A stretch of DNA of 64,000 bases. Source: Candidatus Omnitrophota bacterium. Its GTDB lineage: Bacteria > Omnitrophota > Gorgyraeia > Zapsychrales > Zapsychraceae. Under the pieces are notes generated by a model. It saw nothing but the letters and a program-made list of their open reading frames with translations, did not search any database and had not been told where the DNA came from. The translations under genes were made by a program, and so were the position numbers. The stretch spans positions 35,263 through 99,262 of the forward strand of contig JADFZM010000001.1 in NCBI GenBank assembly GCA_015232535.1, read 5' to 3'. Of this stretch, positions 18,040 through 27,818 are shown piece by piece; positions within the stretch are counted from its first letter, which is position 1; every line of letters starts with the position of its first letter.

Positions 18040-19467
18040 TTATTGTATTTTTACCAGAATTTCGTCTGTTTTGCCGTTTCTTAATATTCTAACGTTTACC
18101 CCGTCTCCGCTTTTAAAGTGCGCGACTACATTCCTTATATCCTCGGCTGATTTAATTGGTACACCGGCTATAGCGACAACTATATCTCCCCTTTGTATCC
18201 CGGCGAAACTAGCCGGCGATTCGTCCAATACCCTATTTACCAAAACCCCTTTCCACGGAGATATTTTGAATTGCCGCGCGATTATCTCGTTTATAGGCAT
18301 AACTTCTAATCCGAAACGTACCGGAAGCGGCGCTCCGGGCGCGGGATTGGTTGTGGGCAAAGCCGCGGCCAGCATACCTTTTCTATCAACCGGAAGAGGG
18401 AAATTTCTTTTTAAAGCCTTTCCTAAGAAATCTTTGCAATCATTTATCGGAATAGCGAAACCTGTGCCGCTAAAAACACCGGTCGGAGCGTAAATTGCCG
18501 TATTAATGCCGATGACATCTCCGTTTAAGTCAACCAGCGGCCCACCCGATGAGCCGCGATTTATAGGAGCATCGGTTTGGAATAAATTTTGGTAACGGAT
18601 TCCTTCAATCAAGATCGATTTTCTTATCCCGCTAATGATACCGCTGGTGACGGTTTGCTCTATCCCGAAGGGGCTTCCAACGGCAACAACGTAATCGCCT
18701 ATTTGGCTGAAACTGGAATCGCCTAATTTTACCTCGGGGAACGGGCCGTCCGCTCTTAATTTTACGAGCGCTAAATCTAAATTCGGTTCCTCCGCTACGA
18801 TGTCTGCCCTTATATCGCGGGAGGGATTGCCAAAGACCGTAACTATAATATCGGTCGCGTCTTTTGTTACGTGATAATTAGTGAGCACGTAGCCGCGTTC
18901 ATCGATCACAATCCCTGCTCCGACATTTTCGTAACCTTTATTCTCGATGAATTTATCAATGGCACCGTCGAAGGGCGGAACAAATTGCATGTTTTGCGCA
19001 TCGGCAGGTTTCCTTATGTTCGTTCGAACAACCCTGATCGCGTGTATATCGCATACGGAAGGAATTATGGCGTTTACAGCATCTTTTAATGAATTTTGAA
19101 ACTTGCTATCGGTATTCGCGACTAACTGCATACCGCCGTTAGGAGTAGCTTTAGTTATTGCCGCGACTTTATAATTGGAAGACGGATTTTGATTTGGCTG
19201 ATAAGGAACACCTCCGTTAGGAAGAGCTTGGGTTATCGCCTGTGCCTGAGTATAGGCTGCTTGAGTGACCGGGGACGGAAATTGGGGCTCTCCTGCCTTT
19301 GGCATCTTGATTTTTGCCCTGGTATTTACAGTTTCGGTCTCAATTCCCTGGTTTATGTCTTCATGCCGCATTATTACCCAGAAAAGGAGCATAACCCCGA
19401 CTACGGCAAGCGCCGCAATCCAGGGCCCGAGAGGCTTTGTGCAAAATGAATCGTTAGGGTCTTCCAT
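18040..19467 (-). CDS. mamE: MamE-like HtrA/DegP serine protease (TM, trypsin, one PDZ)
   Basis: Triad motifs TNYHV, DLAL, INRGSSGGPL; C-terminal PDZ; downstream of mamI. Confidence 0.85.
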   Translation of the reverse strand: MEDPNDSFCTKPLGPWIAALAVVGVMLLFWVIMRHEDINQGIETETVNTRAKIKMPKAGEPQFPSPVTQAAYTQAQAITQALPNGGVPYQPNQNPSSNYKVAAITKATPNGGMQLVANTDSKFQNSLKDAVNAIIPSVCDIHAIRVVRTNIRKPADAQNMQFVPPFDGAIDKFIENKGYENVGAGIVIDERGYVLTNYHVTKDATDIIVTVFGNPSRDIRADIVAEEPNLDLALVKLRADGPFPEVKLGDSSFSQIGDYVVAVGSPFGIEQTVTSGIISGIRKSILIEGIRYQNLFQTDAPINRGSSGGPLVDLNGDVIGINTAIYAPTGVFSGTGFAIPINDCKDFLGKALKRNFPLPVDRKGMLAAALPTTNPAPGAPLPVRFGLEVMPINEIIARQFKISPWKGVLVNRVLDESPASFAGIQRGDIVVAIAGVPIKSAEDIRNVVAHFKSGDGVNVRILRNGKTDEILVKIQ

Positions 19468-19492
19468 TTTGGTAATGATTATCTCCTAATAA

Positions 19493-19714
19493 TTAAAAAG
19501 TAAACTTTCCTGCTTCAACCGGCATTTCAGCGCCTGGAACCGGATAGGCTATAGGTGTCGCTGATGTATGCGAAGTTGCTCTTTTGTGTTTCCTGCCTTG
19601 GCCGGGATTATTGCGAAATTCATAAAATATCGCGGTTGAAATAATCACGCACACGGTAAAAATTATCAAGAACCCAACCCAAGGGTTTAGGCATTTTTCC
19701 CTGTTGACTATCAT
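19493..19714 (-). CDS. Small single-TM protein in the mam operon
   Basis: 73 aa with TM and basic patch; 15-25 bp spacers to mamI and mamE. Confidence 0.7.
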   Translation of the reverse strand: MIVNREKCLNPWVGFLIIFTVCVIISTAIFYEFRNNPGQGRKHKRATSHTSATPIAYPVPGAEMPVEAGKFTF

Positions 19715-19729
19715 AGTAATTTCCCCGGA

Positions 19730-19900
19730 TTACTTCTTGTCTTTTAATAATTTTAACCCGGTGTTCAAGGCGATCAGTCCTCCGACCAGAAGGGCTAATG
19801 GTATGAAGCCTCTTAAAAAGTCGCCGAAATTATCCCACCATCCGATGATTCCCATTAATCCGAGTACCGCCGCTATTGCCCCACCGATAACATGTGCCAT
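19730..19900 (-). CDS. mamI: Magnetosome protein MamI (56 aa, absent from the ORF track)
   Basis: Manual translation MAHVIGGAIAAVLGLMGIIGWWDNFGDFLRGFIPLALLVGGLIALNTGLKLLKDKK matches the MamI WW..FLRG..P..L..GL.AL pattern; AGGAG at 19906-19910. Confidence 0.9.
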   Translation of the reverse strand: MAHVIGGAIAAVLGLMGIIGWWDNFGDFLRGFIPLALLVGGLIALNTGLKLLKDKK

Positions 19901-19956
19901 TTCTACTCCTTTCGTTTAATATCAATGACTTTTGAAAACTTTTAAAATTTTTAAGA

Positions 19957-20265
19957 CTATCCGTTCTTAAAACGGACTCCGAAGCCGCCTCTGGGATTTT
20001 CCCATTTGATCGCGCCATCCGTACATATAACCCGACAACTTCCACATTCTAAACAATTTTCGTAGGCAACTTCTATTGTCCCATGATTCTCTTCGTATGA
20101 TTTGGCCGGGCACACAATAAGGCAAGCTTTGTGCTGGCATTTCTTGCATATTTTCTTATTTATCGTAATATGGCTTATCTTATCCTTTTTGTTTTTTACC
20201 AAAAAAAGCTTATCTTCAATGGATAATTTCTTGTTCTGCTTGTTTTCTTGTTCTAAGGTTTTCAT
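19957..20265 (-). CDS. fixX: FixX-type ferredoxin
   Basis: SHI, CxxC..Cxxx[28 protein letters not shown]; ATGA overlap with fixC. Confidence 0.88.
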   Translation of the reverse strand: MKTLEQENKQNKKLSIEDKLFLVKNKKDKISHITINKKICKKCQHKACLIVCPAKSYEENHGTIEVAYENCLECGSCRVICTDGAIKWENPRGGFGVRFKNG

Positions 20266-21578
20266 ATTAAATTGCTCCATGCTCCCCACATTTCACGGGC
20301 TAAGCGGGTAAATTTCACGTTTTTCTTTACTTTCCTAAAAATCTCTTTCTTAACGGCGGTCTTAGGCTTCTCAGAAACCCGGAAATAATCGACTAAAATA
20401 TCGTTCATTAAAGTAGGATAATCATTGATCAGCGACTTATTTTTGTGCAGGAATGAGAGGAAGTTCTTGCAGTTCTTAATGTCTTGCAAGACAAAGCTAT
20501 CTTTGAGCTTTTCTTCGTAAAGGGATAAAGTTTGCGAAGAAAAATCGTTTTTACGGCGCGCCTCCATGATAGTATCGGCCGCATATATTCCGGAGGCCAT
20601 CGCTAAGTTTACTCCTTCATGGAAGAAAGATGTGTTGAGTAATCCGGCCGCATCCCCAATTACTAGAAGCCCGTCGCGATAAAGCTTTGGCAAAGAGTCA
20701 AATCCGTCGGAGGGTATCATATGCGCCATGTATTCGACAATTTCAGCGCCTTTCAATAAAGGAGCGATCGAAGGATGGGATTTAAAATCCTCCAAAATAT
20801 CATTGGGGTTTTTTCCGTTTCTGTTTTTTATAAAGTCGCTAAGCGAAAAACCGACTCCCACCGAAAGGCTGTCTTTATTCGTGTAAATAAAACCGTTTCC
20901 TAAAAGGCCTTGAACTGCTTCGCCGAAATATTCAAATGCCGCGCCCTGCCTTCCGGCCAGGCCGAAACGGTCTTCAATAACATTTTGGGGTAGGCGCATA
21001 TTTTCTTTAATCGCGATGGAGCGGCGTTCGGGGTCGATTTTCTTTCGAAGCTTGGCTTTTTCGGTGAGTATAGAATTCGCGCCTTCGGCACAGACAATCA
21101 TATCCGCCAAAAGATTATCTTCATCTCCCGAGCCGCTTGTTATACCGACAATCTTGCCTTTTTCGTAAAGAAAATCACTAACACAATAATCGGTTATGAT
21201 GCTTACTCCGGCCCCTTCGGCTTTTTTGGCCAGCCATCCGTCCATTGTTCCGCGCAAGGTAATAAAGGAGTGATTGTAAGGCTTCTCATTAAAGGCGCTG
21301 GGCATCATGTCAAAGGCTAATTCGCTTTTCCCGGCTAAAATAGAGAATTTTCTTTTTCCCACGAATCTTTCCCATGGGGCTTCATCAAAAAATTCCGGAA
21401 AGATTTTTTCCATGATGCTGGAAAAGAAAATGCCACCGAACATATTTTTAGCTCCGGGGTATTCTCCCCTTTCTATAACTACGACTTCCGCGCCTCTTTT
21501 GGCAAGGGAATAAGCGCAGGTAAGGCCCGCTGGCCCAGCCCCGACAATTATCACCTCAACTTTATCATTTTGGCTCAT
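20262..21578 (-). CDS. fixC: FixC-type FAD oxidoreductase (ETF-quinone oxidoreductase-like)
   Basis: [52 protein letters not shown]. Confidence 0.88.
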   Translation of the reverse strand: MSQNDKVEVIIVGAGPAGLTCAYSLAKRGAEVVVIERGEYPGAKNMFGGIFFSSIMEKIFPEFFDEAPWERFVGKRKFSILAGKSELAFDMMPSAFNEKPYNHSFITLRGTMDGWLAKKAEGAGVSIITDYCVSDFLYEKGKIVGITSGSGDEDNLLADMIVCAEGANSILTEKAKLRKKIDPERRSIAIKENMRLPQNVIEDRFGLAGRQGAAFEYFGEAVQGLLGNGFIYTNKDSLSVGVGFSLSDFIKNRNGKNPNDILEDFKSHPSIAPLLKGAEIVEYMAHMIPSDGFDSLPKLYRDGLLVIGDAAGLLNTSFFHEGVNLAMASGIYAADTIMEARRKNDFSSQTLSLYEEKLKDSFVLQDIKNCKNFLSFLHKNKSLINDYPTLMNDILVDYFRVSEKPKTAVKKEIFRKVKKNVKFTRLAREMWGAWSNLI

Positions 21579-22150
21579 AACAAGAATTTATTTAAAGGTA
21601 CTTTAGCGATCCTGTTTTTTAATGAAGCAAAATATTTCCCCGATATAAACAATCCCTTCTTAAGTTTTCCTCCTAAGTCGGCGCTTTCATCTTTTAGAAT
21701 ATGGCTATCGGTTTTTATAATTGTATCTTGTTTAGCATTTTGTATTTCATGGTATTCTTTTGGAAAGTACACCTTAAGATAACCGCATTTTGGGCAGTCA
21801 ATACCGCACTCTACTTTAAGGCCCGCATACTCTCTTAAGCTCAAGAAACAACGGTTTATCTTTTCTTTATATACAAGGCAATCATTGCAATTGTGCTTAT
21901 TTGATCCAAGGCTCTCCTTTGCTTCCCAGCAAGGTATGATTTTAACCTGCGGCTTGATGTTGTTTTTGATGCGGTTCTTGAAACTTTTTTTACTAAGCAA
22001 AGATACTATGCTTTCTTTAGGGATCCTTTGATGCCCGCCAAGCGTGGAGACGGCTTTAATTTTCCCTTGTTTTATCCAGTGCAGAACGCTAAAGCGGCTG
22101 ACGTGAAGTATTTTAGAGGCCTGAGTGGTAGTAAGATATTCTGGCTGCAT
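21575..22150 (-). CDS. Excisionase-type HTH protein with a Cys-rich C-terminal domain
   Basis: YLTTTQASKILHVS..WIKQGKIKA..TLGGHQRI; PCWE..CNDC..C..C..CPKC. Confidence 0.8.
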   Translation of the reverse strand: MQPEYLTTTQASKILHVSRFSVLHWIKQGKIKAVSTLGGHQRIPKESIVSLLSKKSFKNRIKNNIKPQVKIIPCWEAKESLGSNKHNCNDCLVYKEKINRCFLSLREYAGLKVECGIDCPKCGYLKVYFPKEYHEIQNAKQDTIIKTDSHILKDESADLGGKLKKGLFISGKYFASLKNRIAKVPLNKFLL

Positions 22151-22817
22151 TAAATTTATATATAATTAGTTAAAATTGCGATAAATAAGATGCGTGAATT
22201 ATAACAACCATATAAAAATTTATCAAGAAATATTTTTCTCTTCAAAAACTTTTTAGTTGTTGAAATTGTTGATGTTAAGCGCCTAAAATAGGATTAAAAA
22301 TACGTCGGAGTGATGAAATTTTATCTAATGTTAAGCGGTTTATTCTAATTGTCGCATGTTTTTACGCGTTTCTATAAAAGGTAATATTTAGATATTAAAA
22401 ACCTATTTCTCATTAAAATTAGCTATCCTTATTTGTTCTAATTCGTTTATTCACTTAAATTGAGTAAAATTGAGAAGTTTTTAATTATTTTATTGAAGCA
22501 TAAAACAACTGAATTGGGAATACTGAAAAATTGGCTTTAAATGTAGTGTAACACTGTAGGAAGCGAAACAAAGCATAATATTTTCCTGTAGCAGATAGTT
22601 TGTACATGGTTATTAGATATGATAAGACAATGAGTGTAACTTAATAGAGTCATTCAAATGAAAGTTGGAACATGGCAAGAATATCTAGCTGTTGCTTATT
22701 CAAATGGCAGCGTCATATTAAATAAAGTAGTTTGAATATGTTGGTTTTCCGCATCTCAAGTATAATATAAATTGTTGAAATTGTTTAATCTTTGATATAT
22801 TTGTCGACGGAATTGAA
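22151..22817 (-). promoter_or_regulatory. AT-rich intergenic region, the probable promoter region of the mam/hem operon
   Basis: Only long non-coding gap upstream of the tightly packed operon; exact promoter elements not resolved. Confidence 0.5.
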
Positions 22818-25800
22818 TTAAGGGCAGTGTTTTCTGATAGAATCCCTGAGTTGCCTTAACTGGATGGGTTTAGCCAAGAGATCATTCATTCCTGAGTCAA
22901 AGCATTTTTGCTCGTCCATTCTTACTATTTCGGCCGTTAAGGCTATTATAGGCAAAGTTTTGTTGATATTATTACGGATAAATATAGTTGCTTCTATGCC
23001 ATCCATCTCCGGCATTTGAATATCCATAAAGCATATATCATAAGTCCCGGTCTTCACCTTTTCCACCGCTTCCCTGCCGTTAGTTGCATAATCCCCAATG
23101 CATTCCAAAGTATCTAGGTATGCCTTCATAAGCTCCTGATTTGTGATACTGTCATCCACAACAAGAACTTTCTTACCGGTGCAGGTTAGTTCATTCGCAA
23201 GATGCCGGGTAATAATTCCTTCATCTGTTCGCTTATCACCTAAAACAGTAGCGATAAGCTTTATTAGTTCATTTTCGATTATTGGTTTCGGCAAATAACC
23301 GTTAAATCCTGAGGATTTCGCGTCTTCGGCAGAGCCGATGCGCAAGTCAGATGTTAAAGCGATTATTTTTAAGCTATTAAATTGACCTAATTTTCTTATT
23401 TGTCTTGCCAGTTCGTAACCGTCATTGTCCGGCATCATAATATCGGTCAAAACCAAATCGATCTTAAATGGTTCATCTTTTATGGCATTGATAAAAGAAA
23501 TAGCATCCTCAACCGATGTTGCTGATTTAACAACTTCAATCCCGGCGTTTTGGCAATAAGTATTTACCAATTCCAGAGATTTTAAGTTATCATCAACAAT
23601 AACGGCTTTTTTCCCTTTAAGTTCTTTTATGCTAAGCGGCAAAATATCGTTATTAAATGATTCATCGGCTTGCTTAAAAGTCAATCTGATAAAGAATTCA
23701 CTGCCTTGTCCCAAGACAGATTCGGCCCAAACAGAGCCTCCCATTATTTTGACAAGCGAGCGCACAATGGCTAAGCCTAAACCGGTCCCTCCGAATTTAC
23801 GGGTGGTTGAAGTATCGGCTTGTTCAAAGGCATCAAATATCGTCTTTGTCTTGTCTTCAGGAATTCCTATCCCTGTATCTTTAACGCTTAATTTTAAAGT
23901 GATTTCGCCATTTTCTGTATTTCGGCTTTCTTCGCGAACGATAATGCCGACACTTCCGGCTTTTGTGAATTTAGCGGCATTAGTAAGAAGGTTTACAAAA
24001 ATCTGGCGTAATCTCGTAGGGTCGCCTTTAAGGAGGCAATTTAATTCTCGGGGAATATCAATATATGAGTCTAACAATTGTTCGCTCATTTTCGGTAATA
24101 TCAGGTGGAAAACATCTTTAATTAAGTAACGCAGGTCAAAATTAATGTTCTCCAGCTTTATCTTTTCCGATTCTATTTTGGAAAAGTTTAATATATCTTC
24201 GATTATGGCCAAAAGAAGTTCTCCTCCCGAGCGTATAGATTGGAGATAATGCCTTTGTTTTTCATCGATTGACGTCCTAGTCAAAAGGTCAGTAAAGCCG
24301 ATTATCGCGTTCATTGGGGTGCGGATTTCATGGCTCATATTTGCCAAGAATTCGGTCTTGGCTTTGGCTAATTTCTCGGACTTTTTGCTCGCCTCTTCAT
24401 ATTTGTCCCGGAGCGTTTCAGCTGTTTCCAGCGATTTCAGAAGATCATCATTTGCTTTCTTTAAAAGATTCTCCGATTTCTTTCTTTCCGATATATCACG
24501 TAAAATACCCACAGCCTGCCATTCCCCTGATAGGAATACCGAAGATAAGGAGAGGTCAACCGGTATTTCAGTGCCGTCTTTTTTAATGGCGGATAACTCA
24601 AGAGTTTTTCCTATGGCGAAACCTTTGCCGGAATTTTGCCATTGGGGAAAGGCCGCTTTATGCGCTTCATGAAATCGGGATGGAGATAATATTTCATGTA
24701 AAGGCTTGCCGATTATCTCATCTGGCTTATAACCTAAGATTTTTTCTCCGGCCGGATTCCAGAAGGAAACCAGGCCTTTATTATCCATCATTATAATCGC
24801 GTCTTGAGCTGAATCGGTTATAGAACGTATCCTCATCGAGCTTTCTTTTAACAGCTCTTCGTCTTTCTTCCTTTGGGTGATATTTTTTGCGATATGCACA
24901 GTCCCAATCACTTCTCCTTTGTCATCGAATATCGGAGAAACGTTTACTTCCAAAAACGCGTTTAATCTAGGTTCGAATATTTCCGAGGTGTTATGTGATT
25001 TATTTTCTAACGTTCTTACGTGCGGGCAAGCTGAATGTGGGTTTTCCAGCCCGTGAACTAAAACGTGGCATTTCTTGCCGATTACTTCTTTTGGCGTAAG
25101 ATTAAAGGCATCGGCATAAGCTTTGTTTACCCGTAGCAATCTGCATTCCTTATCCTGAATCGAAATCATATCCTGAATTGAGTTAAAGGTTTCTTCCCAT
25201 TCCCTGGATATTTTCTTAAGGCTTTTCTCCGCGAGCTGCCGGGAAGCGATTTCGGCATTTAAATTATTAATGGAGGTAACCGAATCTTTGAGGTCATTAG
25301 CCATTTTATTAAAAGCGCGGGATATTTGGCCAATCTCATCATTTGAATCGACTTTTATTTGATTGAAGAGCATTCCTGATGAGATTACCTCAATTCCCCG
25401 TTTTAGCTTTTGAAGTTGATTTGTAATTATTTTCCCCAAGAAAATACCGACGGCTAAAGCGGCAAAAGGTATAACCAAAAGGATCAAAAGTAAAATAAGC
25501 TGTATCTTTCTAAGCGGAGCAAAAGCTTCGCTTGTGTCGATCTCGGCTAAAAGGCACCATTTCATTTGCGTGTTCCACACATGGGTGCCTAAGGTCATGA
25601 CCCCGCGGTAATCTTCAGCAATAATTAGGCCTTCATGTTTATCATGAGAGTTTTTAAAAGTTGTTTCATGATCTTTATCCAAATCGGCCAAACATTGCCT
25701 AAAATTCGCGGTATTGACTTTTTGCTTTAGAAAAGCGCCTTTAATAAACCGCGAATTGCTTATCATGTAACCGTATTTATTTACTAAATAAGTTTCCCCC

Positions 25801-26405
25801 GTCTTGCCAAACCCGTATTCGTTTTTGAGTATGGTGTTAAGATAATCCATTTTGATTTCGGCTATAATAACCCCGAGCAACTCTCCGTCGGTACTATTCT
25901 TGATGGGGGCTGAAATAGCGATCATTGCCTCACGGATTCCCTCATGGGCATAGGGATGCTTTATGAAAGTCCCTTCCCGGGCCGCCAAAAAAGAGGAATC
26001 GGCTGAAATATCTTTGTTTAACATATTTTCGTCGGTTGAAAGGATAATTTTCCCGGTTGTGTCAGAAATATAGTAATCGTTTAAGTTGGTTATGGCATTG
26101 CGGTATTTTAAGAGGTCCTTTTGGGCGGTTATGAACATCTCTTGGCTTGATTGCGGGTCATTTTTGTATTTAAGGAGAAAGCCTTTTAATATTTCGTTTT
26201 CAGCTGACTGTATGACGCTTAAGCGAAGCATATCCAGATAAGATTTTACAGTTTGGTCTTTTGCGGCGACGGTATCTTTGAGGTGCTTTTTTACTTCATC
26301 TTTTAATGATCCTGTTACAATAACACATATGAAGGCAAGGGAGACGGTAGCCAGCACAAAGGCGGTGAAAAAGAAATATAGAGAGATCTTATTGGCTATT
26401 TTCAT
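22818..26405 (-). CDS. Hybrid sensor histidine kinase (Cache, HAMP, 2 PAS, HisKA, HATPase, 2 REC)
   Basis: FLANMSHEIRTPMN, GDPTRLRQ, DTGIGI, FGGTGLGL, two receiver domains (TDIMMP, MDIQMP). Confidence 0.93.
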   Translation of the reverse strand: MKIANKISLYFFFTAFVLATVSLAFICVIVTGSLKDEVKKHLKDTVAAKDQTVKSYLDMLRLSVIQSAENEILKGFLLKYKNDPQSSQEMFITAQKDLLKYRNAITNLNDYYISDTTGKIILSTDENMLNKDISADSSFLAAREGTFIKHPYAHEGIREAMIAISAPIKNSTDGELLGVIIAEIKMDYLNTILKNEYGFGKTGETYLVNKYGYMISNSRFIKGAFLKQKVNTANFRQCLADLDKDHETTFKNSHDKHEGLIIAEDYRGVMTLGTHVWNTQMKWCLLAEIDTSEAFAPLRKIQLILLLILLVIPFAALAVGIFLGKIITNQLQKLKRGIEVISSGMLFNQIKVDSNDEIGQISRAFNKMANDLKDSVTSINNLNAEIASRQLAEKSLKKISREWEETFNSIQDMISIQDKECRLLRVNKAYADAFNLTPKEVIGKKCHVLVHGLENPHSACPHVRTLENKSHNTSEIFEPRLNAFLEVNVSPIFDDKGEVIGTVHIAKNITQRKKDEELLKESSMRIRSITDSAQDAIIMMDNKGLVSFWNPAGEKILGYKPDEIIGKPLHEILSPSRFHEAHKAAFPQWQNSGKGFAIGKTLELSAIKKDGTEIPVDLSLSSVFLSGEWQAVGILRDISERKKSENLLKKANDDLLKSLETAETLRDKYEEASKKSEKLAKAKTEFLANMSHEIRTPMNAIIGFTDLLTRTSIDEKQRHYLQSIRSGGELLLAIIEDILNFSKIESEKIKLENINFDLRYLIKDVFHLILPKMSEQLLDSYIDIPRELNCLLKGDPTRLRQIFVNLLTNAAKFTKAGSVGIIVREESRNTENGEITLKLSVKDTGIGIPEDKTKTIFDAFEQADTSTTRKFGGTGLGLAIVRSLVKIMGGSVWAESVLGQGSEFFIRLTFKQADESFNNDILPLSIKELKGKKAVIVDDNLKSLELVNTYCQNAGIEVVKSATSVEDAISFINAIKDEPFKIDLVLTDIMMPDNDGYELARQIRKLGQFNSLKIIALTSDLRIGSAEDAKSSGFNGYLPKPIIENELIKLIATVLGDKRTDEGIITRHLANELTCTGKKVLVVDDSITNQELMKAYLDTLECIGDYATNGREAVEKVKTGTYDICFMDIQMPEMDGIEATIFIRNNINKTLPIIALTAEIVRMDEQKCFDSGMNDLLAKPIQLRQLRDSIRKHCP

Positions 26406-26421
26406 TTTTACTTCTAATGAC

Positions 26422-27423
26422 CTAATTTTTGTAATAAAGAGAACGTAACAAGGAAGTGTTTATTGCCGTATCTGCCTTGGGAATAACGGGTATCCTTACG
26501 TTTTTATGTTTAATATCGCTAATAAAGTTAAATGCTTTTTCCCATTCCTTAAATTCCCGTTCCGAATTTTGATCTTCATAATTTAGCCATCTTAAGCCCA
26601 AAACTTGGGCCTGGTATTCTTCCGGCTTAAGGCCGTAATGCGGGGCGATTATCCGGGACGATTCAGCAGGGTTTTCTCGATAGTACTTTAATGATTTAAA
26701 CCAGCCGCGCATTAGCCTCATTGCAAGCTGAGGATTGTTTTTTATAATCTCGTTTCTAAAGCTTAATACGTCAATGATAACTCCGGGATTGTTTTTTGTG
26801 GTGACCAAAATGCGGCTCCCCTCTCTTTTTAAGCATAGAGAAAGGTTTGGCTCCCAGGTAACAACCGCATCCACTTCTTTTTCGGTAAATAGTTTTACAA
26901 TCTCTTCTGGCGATGTCGGAACACTGCTTATATCGTTTAGAGAAAGGCCATTTTCGTTGAAAACATAGGAAATAAACATCTCTCCAACATCATCCCGTAC
27001 AAGGCCGACTTTCTTACCTTTAAGGTCGAAGATGTTGTTGATGGTTCCATCGACAACGATACCGTCTGCGCCAAACGAATAATCAATTTCAAGCACCATG
27101 GTAATCGGTGTATCATAAGCCAATTTGGATACTAATAGATCTATAGTGCCGGCTTCGGCATCAAGCATCCCCTCTTTAAACGCTTCACGGCGCGCACTAT
27201 CCAGAGGTTCATCAACGATATTCAGGTCAATTCCCTCATCTTTAAAAATACCCAGTTCCTTCCCAAGGAAGAACGGCCCGTACCCGACCCATTTTTGAAA
27301 AGCTAAATTTACCATGTCGAGTTTCTTGGGAGGCGGATTATTATTGCAGCTCAAATTAAGAGACAAGAAAAACAATAAGACAGTTAGTACAATGAGAGGT
27401 TTTGAAAAGATATTTTTTATCAT
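26422..27423 (-). CDS. NitT/TauT (SsuA/THI5-like) solute-binding lipoprotein
   Basis: Lipobox LSC, WVGYGPF, DYSFGADGIV, DAVVTWEP. Confidence 0.85.
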   Translation of the reverse strand: MIKNIFSKPLIVLTVLLFFLSLNLSCNNNPPPKKLDMVNLAFQKWVGYGPFFLGKELGIFKDEGIDLNIVDEPLDSARREAFKEGMLDAEAGTIDLLVSKLAYDTPITMVLEIDYSFGADGIVVDGTINNIFDLKGKKVGLVRDDVGEMFISYVFNENGLSLNDISSVPTSPEEIVKLFTEKEVDAVVTWEPNLSLCLKREGSRILVTTKNNPGVIIDVLSFRNEIIKNNPQLAMRLMRGWFKSLKYYRENPAESSRIIAPHYGLKPEEYQAQVLGLRWLNYEDQNSEREFKEWEKAFNFISDIKHKNVRIPVIPKADTAINTSLLRSLYYKN

Positions 27424-27434
27424 AGCTGTCCTGT

Positions 27435-27791
27435 TTATAAAGGTAATTCGGAAAAGTTTTTTGTTAACAAAGAAAAAAGCTCCTTTATTTCTTCAATCTT
27501 TTCTTGTTTTTTTGAAAGTTCATTTATTTGCATTGCCGGTTTGGAAATTGAGTCCAGGATCATATTGGCGAAGCTTCCCTTCATCCGGTGAGAGATAGTC
27601 TGAATTTTGGGGAAATCAACCTTGGCTATCGCTTCTTCTAAAGCCGAAATGTCTTTTTTTCCCTCGACGAGGCACAGCTTGGCTATTTTCAGGTAAGCTT
27701 GCGGAGGTATTTGAAGTTGGTTGCTATTTTTTATTACCAGCTGTTCATAATCATTTTTATTTGTGTAATTATTTTTTGTCTCATCGTTCAT
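27435..27791 (-). CDS. Hpt phosphotransfer protein
   Basis: ISHRMKGSFANM motif in a helical 118-aa protein. Confidence 0.85.
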   Translation of the reverse strand: MNDETKNNYTNKNDYEQLVIKNSNQLQIPPQAYLKIAKLCLVEGKKDISALEEAIAKVDFPKIQTISHRMKGSFANMILDSISKPAMQINELSKKQEKIEEIKELFSLLTKNFSELPL

Positions 27792-27818
27792 CTTGAAATC
27801 CTTGTTAAATAATTAAAA

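Noticed and set aside
19493-19714. Calling this gene mamL
   Set aside because: Only one TM; 3788..4063 matches the MamL pattern better
19830-20045. 71-aa minus-strand ORF
   Set aside because: Overlaps fixX and mamI in another frame; mamI has the RBS and the family motif
15879-21578. Nitrogen fixation, suggested by the NifX-like domain and fixCX
   Set aside because: No nifHDK or nifENB; both families occur widely outside diazotrophy
21575-22150. Excisionase as a sign of a prophage or integrative element; also the name mamR
   Set aside because: No integrase, att sites or phage genes; it is much longer than MamR and has an extra Cys domain
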